A stretch of 28,797 nt of DNA from an uncultured bacterium. GTDB taxonomy: Bacteria; Babelota; Babeliae; Babelales; Babelaceae. Location of the stretch: contig CAWGPQ010000001.1 of assembly GCA_963824495.1 (NCBI GenBank), forward strand, positions 1-28,797, read 5' to 3'. Shown here one piece after another: positions 11,329 to 20,669 of the stretch. How positions within the stretch are numbered: the stretch's first letter is position 1; each line of letters opens with the position of its first letter. Below the pieces are notes generated by a model, which saw nothing but the letters and a program-made list of their open reading frames with translations, did not search any database and had not been told where the DNA came from. Both the position numbers and the translations under genes were made by a program.

Positions 11329-13200
11329 ATGTGCAGTGTTGTAGGCTATATTGGAGAAAACTATAGCCGCTCACTCATATTTGAAGGGCTTTTGCGATTA
11401 GAATATCGAGGCTACGATTCCGCTGGCTTTGCCTGCCTTACGCCCAATGACAACCACTTAGTGTATAGCAAGTCTGACAAAAGCCTTCGGCATCTTATAG
11501 AAAGATGCGAACAAACACCTGTCGATGGCTTTCTCGGCATTGGGCACACTCGCTGGTCGACTCACGGCAGCATCTCTGAAAGCAACTCACATCCTCAAAT
11601 TGACTGTACTAACACATTAGCGGTTGTTCACAATGGTATTATTGAGAATTATCACGAGCTTAAGCTTCAACTCAAGCGGCAGGGACACATATTTTCTTCG
11701 CAAACTGATACTGAAACTATAGCGCATCTTTTAGAATCGCTCCTGCTTATTCATCAATCGTGTACTCAAGCTGTTATTGAACTGGTAAGCAAGCTTGAGG
11801 GTGCCTACGCCTTTATCTGCTTACTTGAACGCTATCCTGACCGGCTTATAGTCGCTCGTAAGGGCTCCCCTCCTGTATGCATCGGTCTAGGTGATAATGA
11901 AATGTTTATTGCATCTGATACCCGTGCATTTAGAGGGAAAGTATCTAACGTACTCTATATGCCTGATGAAAGCTTTGCTTTTATTAAAAAAACTAGTATT
12001 GAGCTCTATGCTTTTTCAGGCAAGCTCCTTAAACCTGTTATTCAGTTTCTTCCTTCAGACTGGATACCTGAAGAAAAGCAGGGGTACGAGCACTTCATGC
12101 TCAAAGAGATCTATGAGCAAAAAAAAGTGATTTACAGAACCGTTGATTATGTACGATCGCTCCGTTCTTCTTTAGCTGAACGCTTAGGTTTTACACCTGA
12201 CAGTTGTGCCTCGCTATCTCATATTACGCTTATAGGCTGCGGGACCTCATGGCATGCAGCACGCATCGCACAGTTTTTCTTTGAAGAGCTCTCCTGTATT
12301 CCAGCAAGTGTTGCCCTAGGCTCTGAATTTCGCTATATGACGTTATTTCCTGAAAAAAATACACTCTATATAGCCATCTCGCAATCAGGAGAAACCGCTG
12401 ATACACTCGAAAGTGTTAGGTTGCTCAACTCCCGTGGTCTTGTAAGCCTTGGAATTACCAACATCGAATCAAGCATGCTTGTTCGAGAAGCCTCTCACAC
12501 ATTTTTAACACAAGCAGGTCATGAGATAGCGGTAGCGTCAACGAAAGCATTTTCAGCTCAAATTGCAGCATTATTTTGGTTAGCAAACTATTATGCTCTA
12601 CATACCAAGCATAGTATATCACACAGTACATCGCATGCTACATCAATTGATCTGTTTCAAGCAGAAGAACAGCTCTGTCATGCCGGAGATATTCTTGAGG
12701 AATCACTTGAAAAATACAAATCTCTTATAGATAGTCAACTTGCCCCATATTACGCCCAGTTTAATAAATTTATCTTTTTGGGTAGGCATCTCAGTTACCC
12801 TTGCGCTTTGGAAGCAGCCCTCAAACTCAAAGAAATAGCATATGTTTTTGTTGACTGTTATCCAGCAGGTGAACTTAAACATGGACCATTAGCACTGATA
12901 GACGTACAAACGCCTATATTCCTATTTTCGTCACTTCATGCTCACATTTACCCAAAACTTGTGTCAAATGCTCAAGAAGTTAAAGCTCGTTTAGGTCACT
13001 TAGTCGTCTTTGCCTTTGAGGGACAAGACGAACTTATTGATCTTGCTGATACAGCATTTATTATTCCCCGTGTTGCGCCATTACTTGCTCCACTTGCTAT
13101 GACCGGACTCATGCAGTATATGGCATATGCTATCGCCAAAGTACTTAAGCACCCCATTGATAGGCCGCGCAATCTTGCCAAAACAGTAACGGTCGAATAA
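11329..13200 (+). CDS. glmS: Glutamine--fructose-6-phosphate aminotransferase (isomerizing)
   Basis: N-terminal MC, LEYRGYDSAG, GHTRW, HNGIIEN, SQSGETADT, ELKHGP, PRNLAKTVTVE. Confidence 0.98.
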   Translation: MCSVVGYIGENYSRSLIFEGLLRLEYRGYDSAGFACLTPNDNHLVYSKSDKSLRHLIERCEQTPVDGFLGIGHTRWSTHGSISESNSHPQIDCTNTLAVVHNGIIENYHELKLQLKRQGHIFSSQTDTETIAHLLESLLLIHQSCTQAVIELVSKLEGAYAFICLLERYPDRLIVARKGSPPVCIGLGDNEMFIASDTRAFRGKVSNVLYMPDESFAFIKKTSIELYAFSGKLLKPVIQFLPSDWIPEEKQGYEHFMLKEIYEQKKVIYRTVDYVRSLRSSLAERLGFTPDSCASLSHITLIGCGTSWHAARIAQFFFEELSCIPASVALGSEFRYMTLFPEKNTLYIAISQSGETADTLESVRLLNSRGLVSLGITNIESSMLVREASHTFLTQAGHEIAVASTKAFSAQIAALFWLANYYALHTKHSISHSTSHATSIDLFQAEEQLCHAGDILEESLEKYKSLIDSQLAPYYAQFNKFIFLGRHLSYPCALEAALKLKEIAYVFVDCYPAGELKHGPLALIDVQTPIFLFSSLHAHIYPKLVSNAQEVKARLGHLVVFAFEGQDELIDLADTAFIIPRVAPLLAPLAMTGLMQYMAYAIAKVLKHPIDRPRNLAKTVTVE

Positions 13201-13204
13201 TTTC

Positions 13205-13233
13205 TTAACACACATGCTGCCTCGTGATATAGT
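13205..13233 (+). promoter_or_regulatory. Putative internal promoter of rapZ
   Basis: TTAACA-17 nt-TATAGT with extended TG. Confidence 0.45.
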
Positions 13234-13275
13234 GATATACTATGGCCGTATGCATCGTAGCATAAAGGATATCAC

Positions 13276-14178
13276 ATGAGCTATCAAGTAGATCACACAG
13301 ATAAAGACCGTGAGCAACCAATTTTCATCATAACCGGTTTTTCTGGCGCTGGTAAAAGCACGGTGCTGCGTGCACTCGAAGATGCTGGTTTTCTTTGTGT
13401 TGATAATTTACCCATTGAACTACTTTCATCTTTTTTTACACGTATTACACAACCGCCCTTGAATGAACAAAAGATAGCACTTGGCATTGATGCCCGTAGT
13501 GGTACCGATATGAATCACCTTATAGCCTATCTGACAGGGCAATTTGCTAATACACCACCGTTAAAAATAGTGTTTCTTACAGCACAAACAACTACGTTAC
13601 TTAAGCGTTTTCAAGAGACACGTCGCAAGCATCCCTTGGGGAATTCATGTGATATTCTTGACGCCATTGAGCAAGAAAAGCAGCTGCTTGAGCCACTTAA
13701 GAAACATGCTCACAGTATTATCGACACCGACCAACTCACTATCCATGAGCTGCGCTTGTTGATTCGTACTATTTTATTATCAATAAGTAAGCCACGTATA
13801 CTGGTAACACTTATGTCATTTGGCTTTAAGTATGGCACCCCTTCTGAAAGCAATTTTATCTATGATGTACGCTCATTACCCAATCCCTATTTTATGCCGG
13901 ACCTTAGAGCACATCCTGGTACCCATCCTTTAGTTTTTGAGTATCTTTTTGCTCAACCAGAGGTACAAGAATATTGCCAAAAGCTCCATGATTTTTTTAT
14001 ATTTAGCATAGCGAGATCATACCGAGAGGGTAGGTCATGTATGACAATTGCTCTAGGATGTACAGGAGGACGCCATCGGTCAGTAGCTCTTGTTGAACAT
14101 CTGGCAAGGCTTCCTATAGATTACGTTCAATTTTTTGTAAAGCATCGTGATGTTAATAGGGAAACTATCTCATGCTAA
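13276..14178 (+). CDS. rapZ: RNase adapter RapZ (YhbJ/YvcJ P-loop NTPase)
   Basis: GFSGAGKS, DNLP, ETRRKHPL, SFGFKYG, DVRSLPNPY, GCTGGRHRSV. Confidence 0.96.
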   Translation: MSYQVDHTDKDREQPIFIITGFSGAGKSTVLRALEDAGFLCVDNLPIELLSSFFTRITQPPLNEQKIALGIDARSGTDMNHLIAYLTGQFANTPPLKIVFLTAQTTTLLKRFQETRRKHPLGNSCDILDAIEQEKQLLEPLKKHAHSIIDTDQLTIHELRLLIRTILLSISKPRILVTLMSFGFKYGTPSESNFIYDVRSLPNPYFMPDLRAHPGTHPLVFEYLFAQPEVQEYCQKLHDFFIFSIARSYREGRSCMTIALGCTGGRHRSVALVEHLARLPIDYVQFFVKHRDVNRETISC

Positions 14179-14468
14179 AAAAAAATAAAAGAACTCTTAT
14201 AAAGATAGTACTTATGCTTGAAATTGTAAGCGTAGGCACTTGGTATGCCTTTGGGTCAAAGGGATTGCCTGCTCTTAGGCAACTTAAGCAAGAAAACGTG
14301 ACGCTTGATGCACGTATTCATCAGCTTTCCTCTGAAATCAATACTCTTACACGTGAGATTGCTGATTTTAAAACCTACCCCTATTTTCGAGAAAAAATTG
14401 CTCGCGAGGAGCTTCAGCTTATTGCTCCGGGCGATGAATTATATCTTGTTACCCCTACACAAGGATAA
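14172..14468 (+). CDS. Septum formation initiator (FtsB/DivIC family)
   Basis: Basic N-terminus, TM helix, GxxG, coiled coil, EKIAREEL..PGD. Confidence 0.8.
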   Translation: MLKKNKRTLIKIVLMLEIVSVGTWYAFGSKGLPALRQLKQENVTLDARIHQLSSEINTLTREIADFKTYPYFREKIAREELQLIAPGDELYLVTPTQG

Positions 14469-14516
14469 CTGTGAATATACCAATTAACCCCCATTCTTTT
14501 TTCGAAAGGAATCATT

Positions 14517-15239
14517 ATGATTGCCCTTGTTTTTCCCTTTGTACTCTTGCCTTTACCCTATGCTTATAATGCCCTTGAACCCTATATCGATGCTCTCACT
14601 ATGAAAACACATTATGAAGGTCATTATCAGGGCTATGCTAATGAGCTGAATAAAGCCATTGAAAAACATCCTGAACTCAGAAAAAAAACAATACGAGAGC
14701 TTTTAGAAAATTTAGATGATGTTCCAAGCGATATCAGAACAGATGTTCGCAATCAGGGTGGTGGTTATTTTAACCACTCAATCTTTTGGAGCATGATGGC
14801 TCCCAATAAAGATGGTAAACTCAAGCAACCCCAAGGGGATCTTGCTCAAGCTATTACTAAACATTTTGGTAGCTTTGAGAATTTTAAAGAGCAGTTTAGT
14901 ACTGCCGCTCGTAAGCGCTTCGGTTCTGGCTGGGCGTGGCTTGTTATGGACAGAAAGGGAGATCTTTTAATTATCTCAACGCCTAATCAAGATACGCCTA
15001 TTTCCCTCACGCCCCACGAGTATGCACCGATTGTCGATGGACTCGAGCCTATCCTGGGCCTTGATGTATGGGAGCATGCGTATTACTTAAAGCATCTTAA
15101 TAAAAAAGCTGATTATATTAACGATTGGTGGTATGTTGTTAACTGGCCTCAAATTGAAGCAAACTATCAAAATGCCTTCAAAAAACTTGGCTTGGTAGCT
15201 CGCCAACGAGCATCAGACCGATCGGACCGAGCTCAGTAA
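14517..15239 (+). CDS. sodA: Fe/Mn superoxide dismutase, Mn-type signature
   Basis: LPYAYNALEP, GGGYFNH, FGSGWAWL, PNQD, DVWEHAYY. Confidence 0.93.
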   Translation: MIALVFPFVLLPLPYAYNALEPYIDALTMKTHYEGHYQGYANELNKAIEKHPELRKKTIRELLENLDDVPSDIRTDVRNQGGGYFNHSIFWSMMAPNKDGKLKQPQGDLAQAITKHFGSFENFKEQFSTAARKRFGSGWAWLVMDRKGDLLIISTPNQDTPISLTPHEYAPIVDGLEPILGLDVWEHAYYLKHLNKKADYINDWWYVVNWPQIEANYQNAFKKLGLVARQRASDRSDRAQ

Positions 15240-15267
15240 CTTTACCTAAACTTCTTTATAATGAATC

Positions 15268-15297
15268 AAAAGGGTCAGGAATACTCTTGACCCTTTT
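15268..15297 (+). terminator. Intrinsic terminator after sod
   Basis: AAAAGGGTCAGGA-ATAC-TCTTGACCCTTTT hairpin. Confidence 0.8.
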
Positions 15298-15614
15298 AAA
15301 CTCAGAAAATTAACCACAACTCATTCCTAAGAATTATTTAGAAATGCCACTAAATACTTTTTCATACTTATCTAATTATTGCTTATTGTGCTATAAATTA
15401 CATTATACTTAGAATAATATTAAAAATTATAATACAAATAAAGAATTATTGCATAATCATGTTCTTGTTGCTTTTTGCTTGCCCTAGATTTCGTGCTCTG
15501 AACGTAGCCCAGCGGGTGATCTTGCATGAACATGCAAAAAGGATACACTGGGCCCATAGTATAATATTTCATACATGACCGTGTGTATAATAACTATTGG
15601 AGGGTTAAAGTCTC

Positions 15615-16253
15615 GTGATAAAAAATACTGGAAAGCTCTGTGCGTTTTTACTTTTAATAGGACCATATATGATAAGCGGCGAACCTCAACGTAAAGCAGC
15701 ATACCCAATTAATAAACTTTTCACTCAGCGATGGTCACGTCGCGCTATGTCCGGTGAAGCTGTAACGCGCGAAGAACTTATGACTCTTTTTGAAGCAGCA
15801 CGATGGGCACCGTCTTCCTTTAATGCTCAGCCATGGCGCTTTATCTATGCTCTTAAGGGAACAGCCGCATGGAAACACCTCTTTGATTTGCTTGTTCCAG
15901 CAAACCAGCAATGGGTAGCACAGGCTGGCGCGCTTATCGTTATCGTGTCCGATAAAGAATCTAATACGCATTCTCTTGATACAGGAGCAGCATGGGAAAA
16001 CCTAGCGCTTCAGGGTGCCGATATGGGTCTTGTTGTTCATGGTATGGCAGGCTTCGATTACGATAAAGCGGCTCAAGATCTTAAGATACCTGCCACCTAT
16101 AAAGTTGAAGCAATGGTCGCAGTTGGCAGACCGGGTAAGCCTGAAACGCTGCCAGAGGACTTGCGTAAGAGAGAACTTCCCTCCGACCGAAAGCCCGTAT
16201 CAGAAGTTGCTTTTGAAGGCACGTTTGGCTGCGCACAAGCTGGTCCTAAATAA
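15615..16253 (+). CDS. Nitroreductase family flavoprotein with hydrophobic N-terminal extension
   Basis: RWSRRAM, EAARWAPSSFNAQPWRF, DTGAAWENLALQ, HGMAGFD. GGAGG RBS. Confidence 0.92.
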   Translation: MIKNTGKLCAFLLLIGPYMISGEPQRKAAYPINKLFTQRWSRRAMSGEAVTREELMTLFEAARWAPSSFNAQPWRFIYALKGTAAWKHLFDLLVPANQQWVAQAGALIVIVSDKESNTHSLDTGAAWENLALQGADMGLVVHGMAGFDYDKAAQDLKIPATYKVEAMVAVGRPGKPETLPEDLRKRELPSDRKPVSEVAFEGTFGCAQAGPK

Positions 16254-16380
16254 TTTTTGCCCATAAGAGATCTGGTGACTGTATTTTGTAATTATGCTAT
16301 ACTCATAAAGATTAGATAGGGCTGGTTCTTGCCGCCCTATCGCTCTCATACTGGTTTTTAACCACACAAGCGTTAGTGTT

Positions 16381-17892
16381 ATGACAAAAAAGATATCGCC
16401 CGAATTACCACCATTCGCACCGGAATCTCCAGCAGGCTTAAACGAAGACGAAATCCGTCTTGAAAAAGTTCGTGCTCTTGAAGCCCAGGGTATTAATCCA
16501 TGGCCTAATATGCAACCCATTACCGCTACCTGCCATCAGGTTATTGCTGAATATCAAGAGCAAGAACAAAGCAAAAGCTATGCTGTTGCCGGTAGAGTTA
16601 TGACCATTCGTATTCATGGTAAAGTAATTTTTGCTCATATTCAGGATCGTTCAGGAAAGTTACAAATCTACCTTAAAAAAGATATAATCGGCGAAGAAAA
16701 ATTTAAATTTTTTGAAGATTTTATTGATAGTGGTGATTATATCTGGTGTTCAGGTACATCATTTAGAACTAAGGCAGGAGAGATTACCTTAGAGACTCAT
16801 AATATCAAACTTTTGAGCAAGTGCTTGCACGCACTTCCTGAAAAGTTTCACGGCCTGACGGATGTTGAAACACGCTATCGTCAACGCTATCTTGATCTTA
16901 TAACCAATGAAGAAACCCATGAGCGTTTTATAAAGCGTACGCATATTCTTCGCTCTATTCGCTCATATCTTGATGCTCATGATTTTCTTGAAGTAGAAAC
17001 ACCGATGCTCCATCCTATCCCTGGTGGGGCTGCGGCACGTCCCTTTGTTACGCATCATAATGCACTCGATATGGATCTTTATTTACGTATCGCTCCGGAA
17101 CTTTATTTAAAGCGTTTGGTTATTGGAGGGCTTGAACGCGTTTATGAAATTAACCGTAATTTTCGCAATGAGGGCATATCTACACGCCATAATCCAGAAT
17201 TCACTATGCTTGAATTTTATATGGCACATGAAGATTATCACTTTGTTATGAATTTTGTAGAAAATTTGATTCGCAGTCTTGTACTCAAAATCTGTGGTAA
17301 TCTTAAAGTTCCCTTTGGGCAACACACTCTAGACTTTGAACCATCATTTGCGCGCATGAATGCCGAAACAGCATTAGTTCGTTACGCTGGGCTTTCCGAA
17401 CATGATCTGTTTCCCTCTGTTATAGATACAACACTTACAAGCCACCACATTAAGCTTCCTCATGCACAAGTCTCTCAAGGCCAAAAGATCTTTACGCTCT
17501 TTGAAGAGCTTGCTGAATCTCATCTTATACAACCGACCTTTATTATCGATTTCCCCATCGAAATCTCACCGCTTGCAAAGCGCGACCCTAATGAGCGTAA
17601 TACTGCTGCACGTTTTGAGCTTTTTATTGCTGGGATGGAAATTAGCAATGGCTTTAACGAGCTCAATGACCCATTTGATCAAGCAGAACGCTTTAAAGAA
17701 CAAGCGCGCTCTCATGCAGCAGGAGATATAGAAGCGCACCGTTACGATGCAGAATATATCACCGCGCTTGAGTATGGCTTACCACCAACGGTAGGCGTTG
17801 GCATTGGTATCGATCGCCTCGTCATGCTGCTTACCAATACAACATCAATTAGAGACGTGATCTTATTCCCAACACTTAGAAAAAAAGAATAG
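16381..17892 (+). CDS. lysS: Lysine--tRNA ligase (class II)
   Basis: RYRQRYLDL, EVETPML, FRNEG..HNPEFTMLE, GIGIDRLVM. Confidence 0.98.
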   Translation: MTKKISPELPPFAPESPAGLNEDEIRLEKVRALEAQGINPWPNMQPITATCHQVIAEYQEQEQSKSYAVAGRVMTIRIHGKVIFAHIQDRSGKLQIYLKKDIIGEEKFKFFEDFIDSGDYIWCSGTSFRTKAGEITLETHNIKLLSKCLHALPEKFHGLTDVETRYRQRYLDLITNEETHERFIKRTHILRSIRSYLDAHDFLEVETPMLHPIPGGAAARPFVTHHNALDMDLYLRIAPELYLKRLVIGGLERVYEINRNFRNEGISTRHNPEFTMLEFYMAHEDYHFVMNFVENLIRSLVLKICGNLKVPFGQHTLDFEPSFARMNAETALVRYAGLSEHDLFPSVIDTTLTSHHIKLPHAQVSQGQKIFTLFEELAESHLIQPTFIIDFPIEISPLAKRDPNERNTAARFELFIAGMEISNGFNELNDPFDQAERFKEQARSHAAGDIEAHRYDAEYITALEYGLPPTVGVGIGIDRLVMLLTNTTSIRDVILFPTLRKKE

Positions 17893-18002
17893 TTACACTC
17901 AAGTTGCTTTACTTTTTGACTTGACAAGATAGAGCACAATCATGTTAATCTTTCTCGATATCAACCTCGTTGAAAATTACTTGGGATAAAAAGGAGAAGC
18001 TC

Positions 18003-19217
18003 ATGATGCACTTTTACGCTATTATAAAATTACTCACCGTTATACTTTCTCTTTTTGTAGTTTCATTTCGAACATGTTTTGCAGAACCAAAACCTGACTC
18101 AAAAATAGTAGTGACAGTCTTTATTCACGGTACAATTTATGTACCCTTCACATTGGGATCACACAAAGATCAATCGTTGCGCAATGATCAAATACTCCTC
18201 CAAGAGGGCCTAGAATGGATTTATAGAGGCCTATTAGAATCTTGCGAGTTCTACGATATCCCCGATGTAGACCCTAAGCTTGGGTATCTTTACCTCGCTG
18301 CAGCATATAGTACTGTAGCTAAGGTAATTAATTCACCAAAATTATATACAGCTTATGTAGGATTCGGCTGGAGTGGCAAATGGGATCACGATGAGCGTAC
18401 CAAAGCAGGATTAGAGCTCTACGCAAAGCTCTGCGATATGCGCGATAGCTACAGACAACGCTTCAGTCAGGTTGACATTATACTTGTTACGTACAGTCAC
18501 GGAGGAAACGTAGCGCTCTGGCTACCTGAAGCAGAGAAACTCTATAAAAGGCGGCTTAGAATTACTTCTCTCGTAATGTTTGGCACACCATTTTATGCAA
18601 CCAATAAGAAAAAGAAACCCATCAACGAAAAGGAACCTATCAAAGGAACTGCTAGTTGTGTGGCATCACCCTTATTCAAAACAATTATATCTTGCTATTC
18701 TGATGGCGACTGAATACCTTCAATAGATGTTGTTTCAACCAGCGGTGAGAGTTACAAAAAAATGAATGACGCATTTAAAGAAAGTCAGGGTTTTTCTTTA
18801 GATGAATTAACAAGTGATCGCCCTTCACTTGTGCGTTGTGATCTTCGTTTAATTTTTAATCATGATAATAAAGCATTTAATCATGCCAATGTATGGAAAT
18901 TTGGTGGTGAAACTCGCAACTTGGAGTATATGCACCCATTTCCTGCTATGATACTTTCACCCTTGATTATTAATGAAATTGCTCATCATCCAGAGTATAC
19001 GGAGCTCGATTTTTGCATACATGCGGATAAATTTTCATTACTTGGTTTTTTAAGCGAAAATTTTGAAGAGCCGCTTGCCTCTTATAATGCAACACCTAAT
19101 GTGCATAACAAGCTAGTATGGTTGCGTGGTGAAATAGGAAAAATCAGGACACTGCAAGTGCCAGAGAACCCCAAAGCTGTTGAATTTGAAGAAACCTTAA
19201 TGTTTACAGCGAATTAA
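18003..19217 (+). pseudogene. Secreted alpha/beta-hydrolase-fold protein interrupted by a single in-frame TGA (18711-18713); pseudogene or readthrough
   Basis: ORFs 17970-18713 and 18762-19217 share a frame and the gap is open (SDGD*IPSIDVVSTSGESYKKMND). Signal peptide, VFIHGT, TYSHGG nucleophile elbow. AAGGAG RBS before ATG 18003. Confidence 0.75.
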
Positions 19218-19383
19218 GATTTCCCTTTAACCTCGAGGTGAGCAAAGTCCACACCTATATTAAGAACTGTATTGCTTAATTGACTTTAACATTAGACGGT
19301 GTGTTGATAAAGGTGCAAAAGTAGCCTATAATATCATGGCTTGCGATAAAACTCATTAACGATACTTTTTAGGGAGAATATCC

Positions 19384-19851
19384 GTGAAAACATTATTGCT
19401 ACGTATGGCAGGTATTTGCCTGTTTCCTTTGACCTTACATGCTATTACTCGCGAGTGTTTTAATCTGGAAAAAGCGATAGATGATTTCGTAGAGCACGAC
19501 TACAACCGAGAACACGATGCTCAAAATCTAGAAATATTTAACGAAGCTTTAGAATTTTTAAAGAAGAATCACCTGGGTAGTAATAACTACTTCAAGCAAA
19601 CTCCTCCATCTTGGGAAGAGTCAAATCCATTGGTAGATCGTACATTAGATATCATTTTAGACAATCTCGAACTGATTGTAGCTCAAGATGTTCGCGTAAA
19701 GGGAACTACAGCAAGCACACGTGAAGTACTGGATGCATTTTTGATACGTGAAAAAAGAAGGCAGGTGCTTATGCGAAAAGCAACTAATCAGGTAATTAAA
19801 GCACTTGAATGCAAGCTACTTCAGCTTAAAAAAGAGCCTATCGCTTCGTAA
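19384..19851 (+). CDS. Secreted hypothetical protein, paralog of 19965-20519
   Basis: Signal peptide ending LHA, GGGAG RBS, shared FNLxKxIDDFxExxY motif. Confidence 0.8.
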   Translation: MKTLLLRMAGICLFPLTLHAITRECFNLEKAIDDFVEHDYNREHDAQNLEIFNEALEFLKKNHLGSNNYFKQTPPSWEESNPLVDRTLDIILDNLELIVAQDVRVKGTTASTREVLDAFLIREKRRQVLMRKATNQVIKALECKLLQLKKEPIAS

Positions 19852-19964
19852 AAGAAACAAGAATATTAACCAAATAACAGGGCTAAAGACATTAGCCTGA
19901 TTGTAGAAATGAAGCAAAAGCCTATAAGTAACATGTAGTAATAAAAAAGTTAAGGAGACTAATT

Positions 19965-20519
19965 GTGAAAAAATCTCTCATACTTATGATAGGTATCTGC
20001 TTACTTCATTCATCAATTCAAACTATCACTAACAAGTATTTTAATTTGAAAAAAGAAATCGATGACTTTATTGAAGATGTCTATAGACAAGAACTTGACC
20101 CTAAAAAACGAGGAGACTTTGATCAATTTTTAGAATCTCTGACAAATGATCACGACGATGACCATTCATCCGATGACGAAGATTATAATGATGAAGATGA
20201 TGACGGTTGGGATGAAAACAAGTCCTTAGCTGGACGTATCACGAATATCGTTAATGAGAACGTTAAATGGACCGTAGTGCGTAGAGTTAACTTGGAAAAT
20301 CCAATGGGGATGTCGCAATCTGAGTTAGAAAATGAATTCTGGACTAGGATAATAGCATTGGGTGAAGAACAACAGCAAGCACTACGTAAAGAAGGAACAG
20401 TTGAAGTAGTTAATTTACTCAGAAGTCGACTTGACAAAAAGCTCGAGATTGAGGGAACTCTTAAGCAAGAAACAAGCAACCCTCATGACCATAGGGAGCT
20501 TACTCAGATCAGCTTGTAG
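19965..20519 (+). CDS. Secreted hypothetical protein with acidic tract, paralog of 19384-19851
   Basis: Signal peptide, AAGGAG RBS, Asp-rich insert. Confidence 0.8.
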   Translation: MKKSLILMIGICLLHSSIQTITNKYFNLKKEIDDFIEDVYRQELDPKKRGDFDQFLESLTNDHDDDHSSDDEDYNDEDDDGWDENKSLAGRITNIVNENVKWTVVRRVNLENPMGMSQSELENEFWTRIIALGEEQQQALRKEGTVEVVNLLRSRLDKKLEIEGTLKQETSNPHDHRELTQISL

Positions 20520-20525
20520 GTAGAG

Positions 20526-20574
20526 GGATTTGTGACAAATCCTGCTTGACTCTCTTTTGTAGCTAAGATATTCT
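20526..20574 (+). promoter_or_regulatory. Palindrome plus putative sigma70 promoter of the porin-like gene
   Basis: GGATTTGT-G-ACAAATCC (20526-20542) just upstream of TTGACT-17 nt-TATTCT. Confidence 0.5.
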
Positions 20575-20669
20575 GCTCGCAGTGCAACTTATGATATCCA
20601 AGTATTAATACTCTTTAAGCTCGTCCAACATCAACAAGCTTATGAGCATATTAACAACGTAGAACAATA

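Noticed and set aside
15300..15470. oriC-like AT-rich tract
   Set aside because: Only one mismatched DnaA-box-like 9-mer seen, which is insufficient.
18711..18761. Selenocysteine codon
   Set aside because: No convincing SECIS-like hairpin downstream and no redox Cys context.
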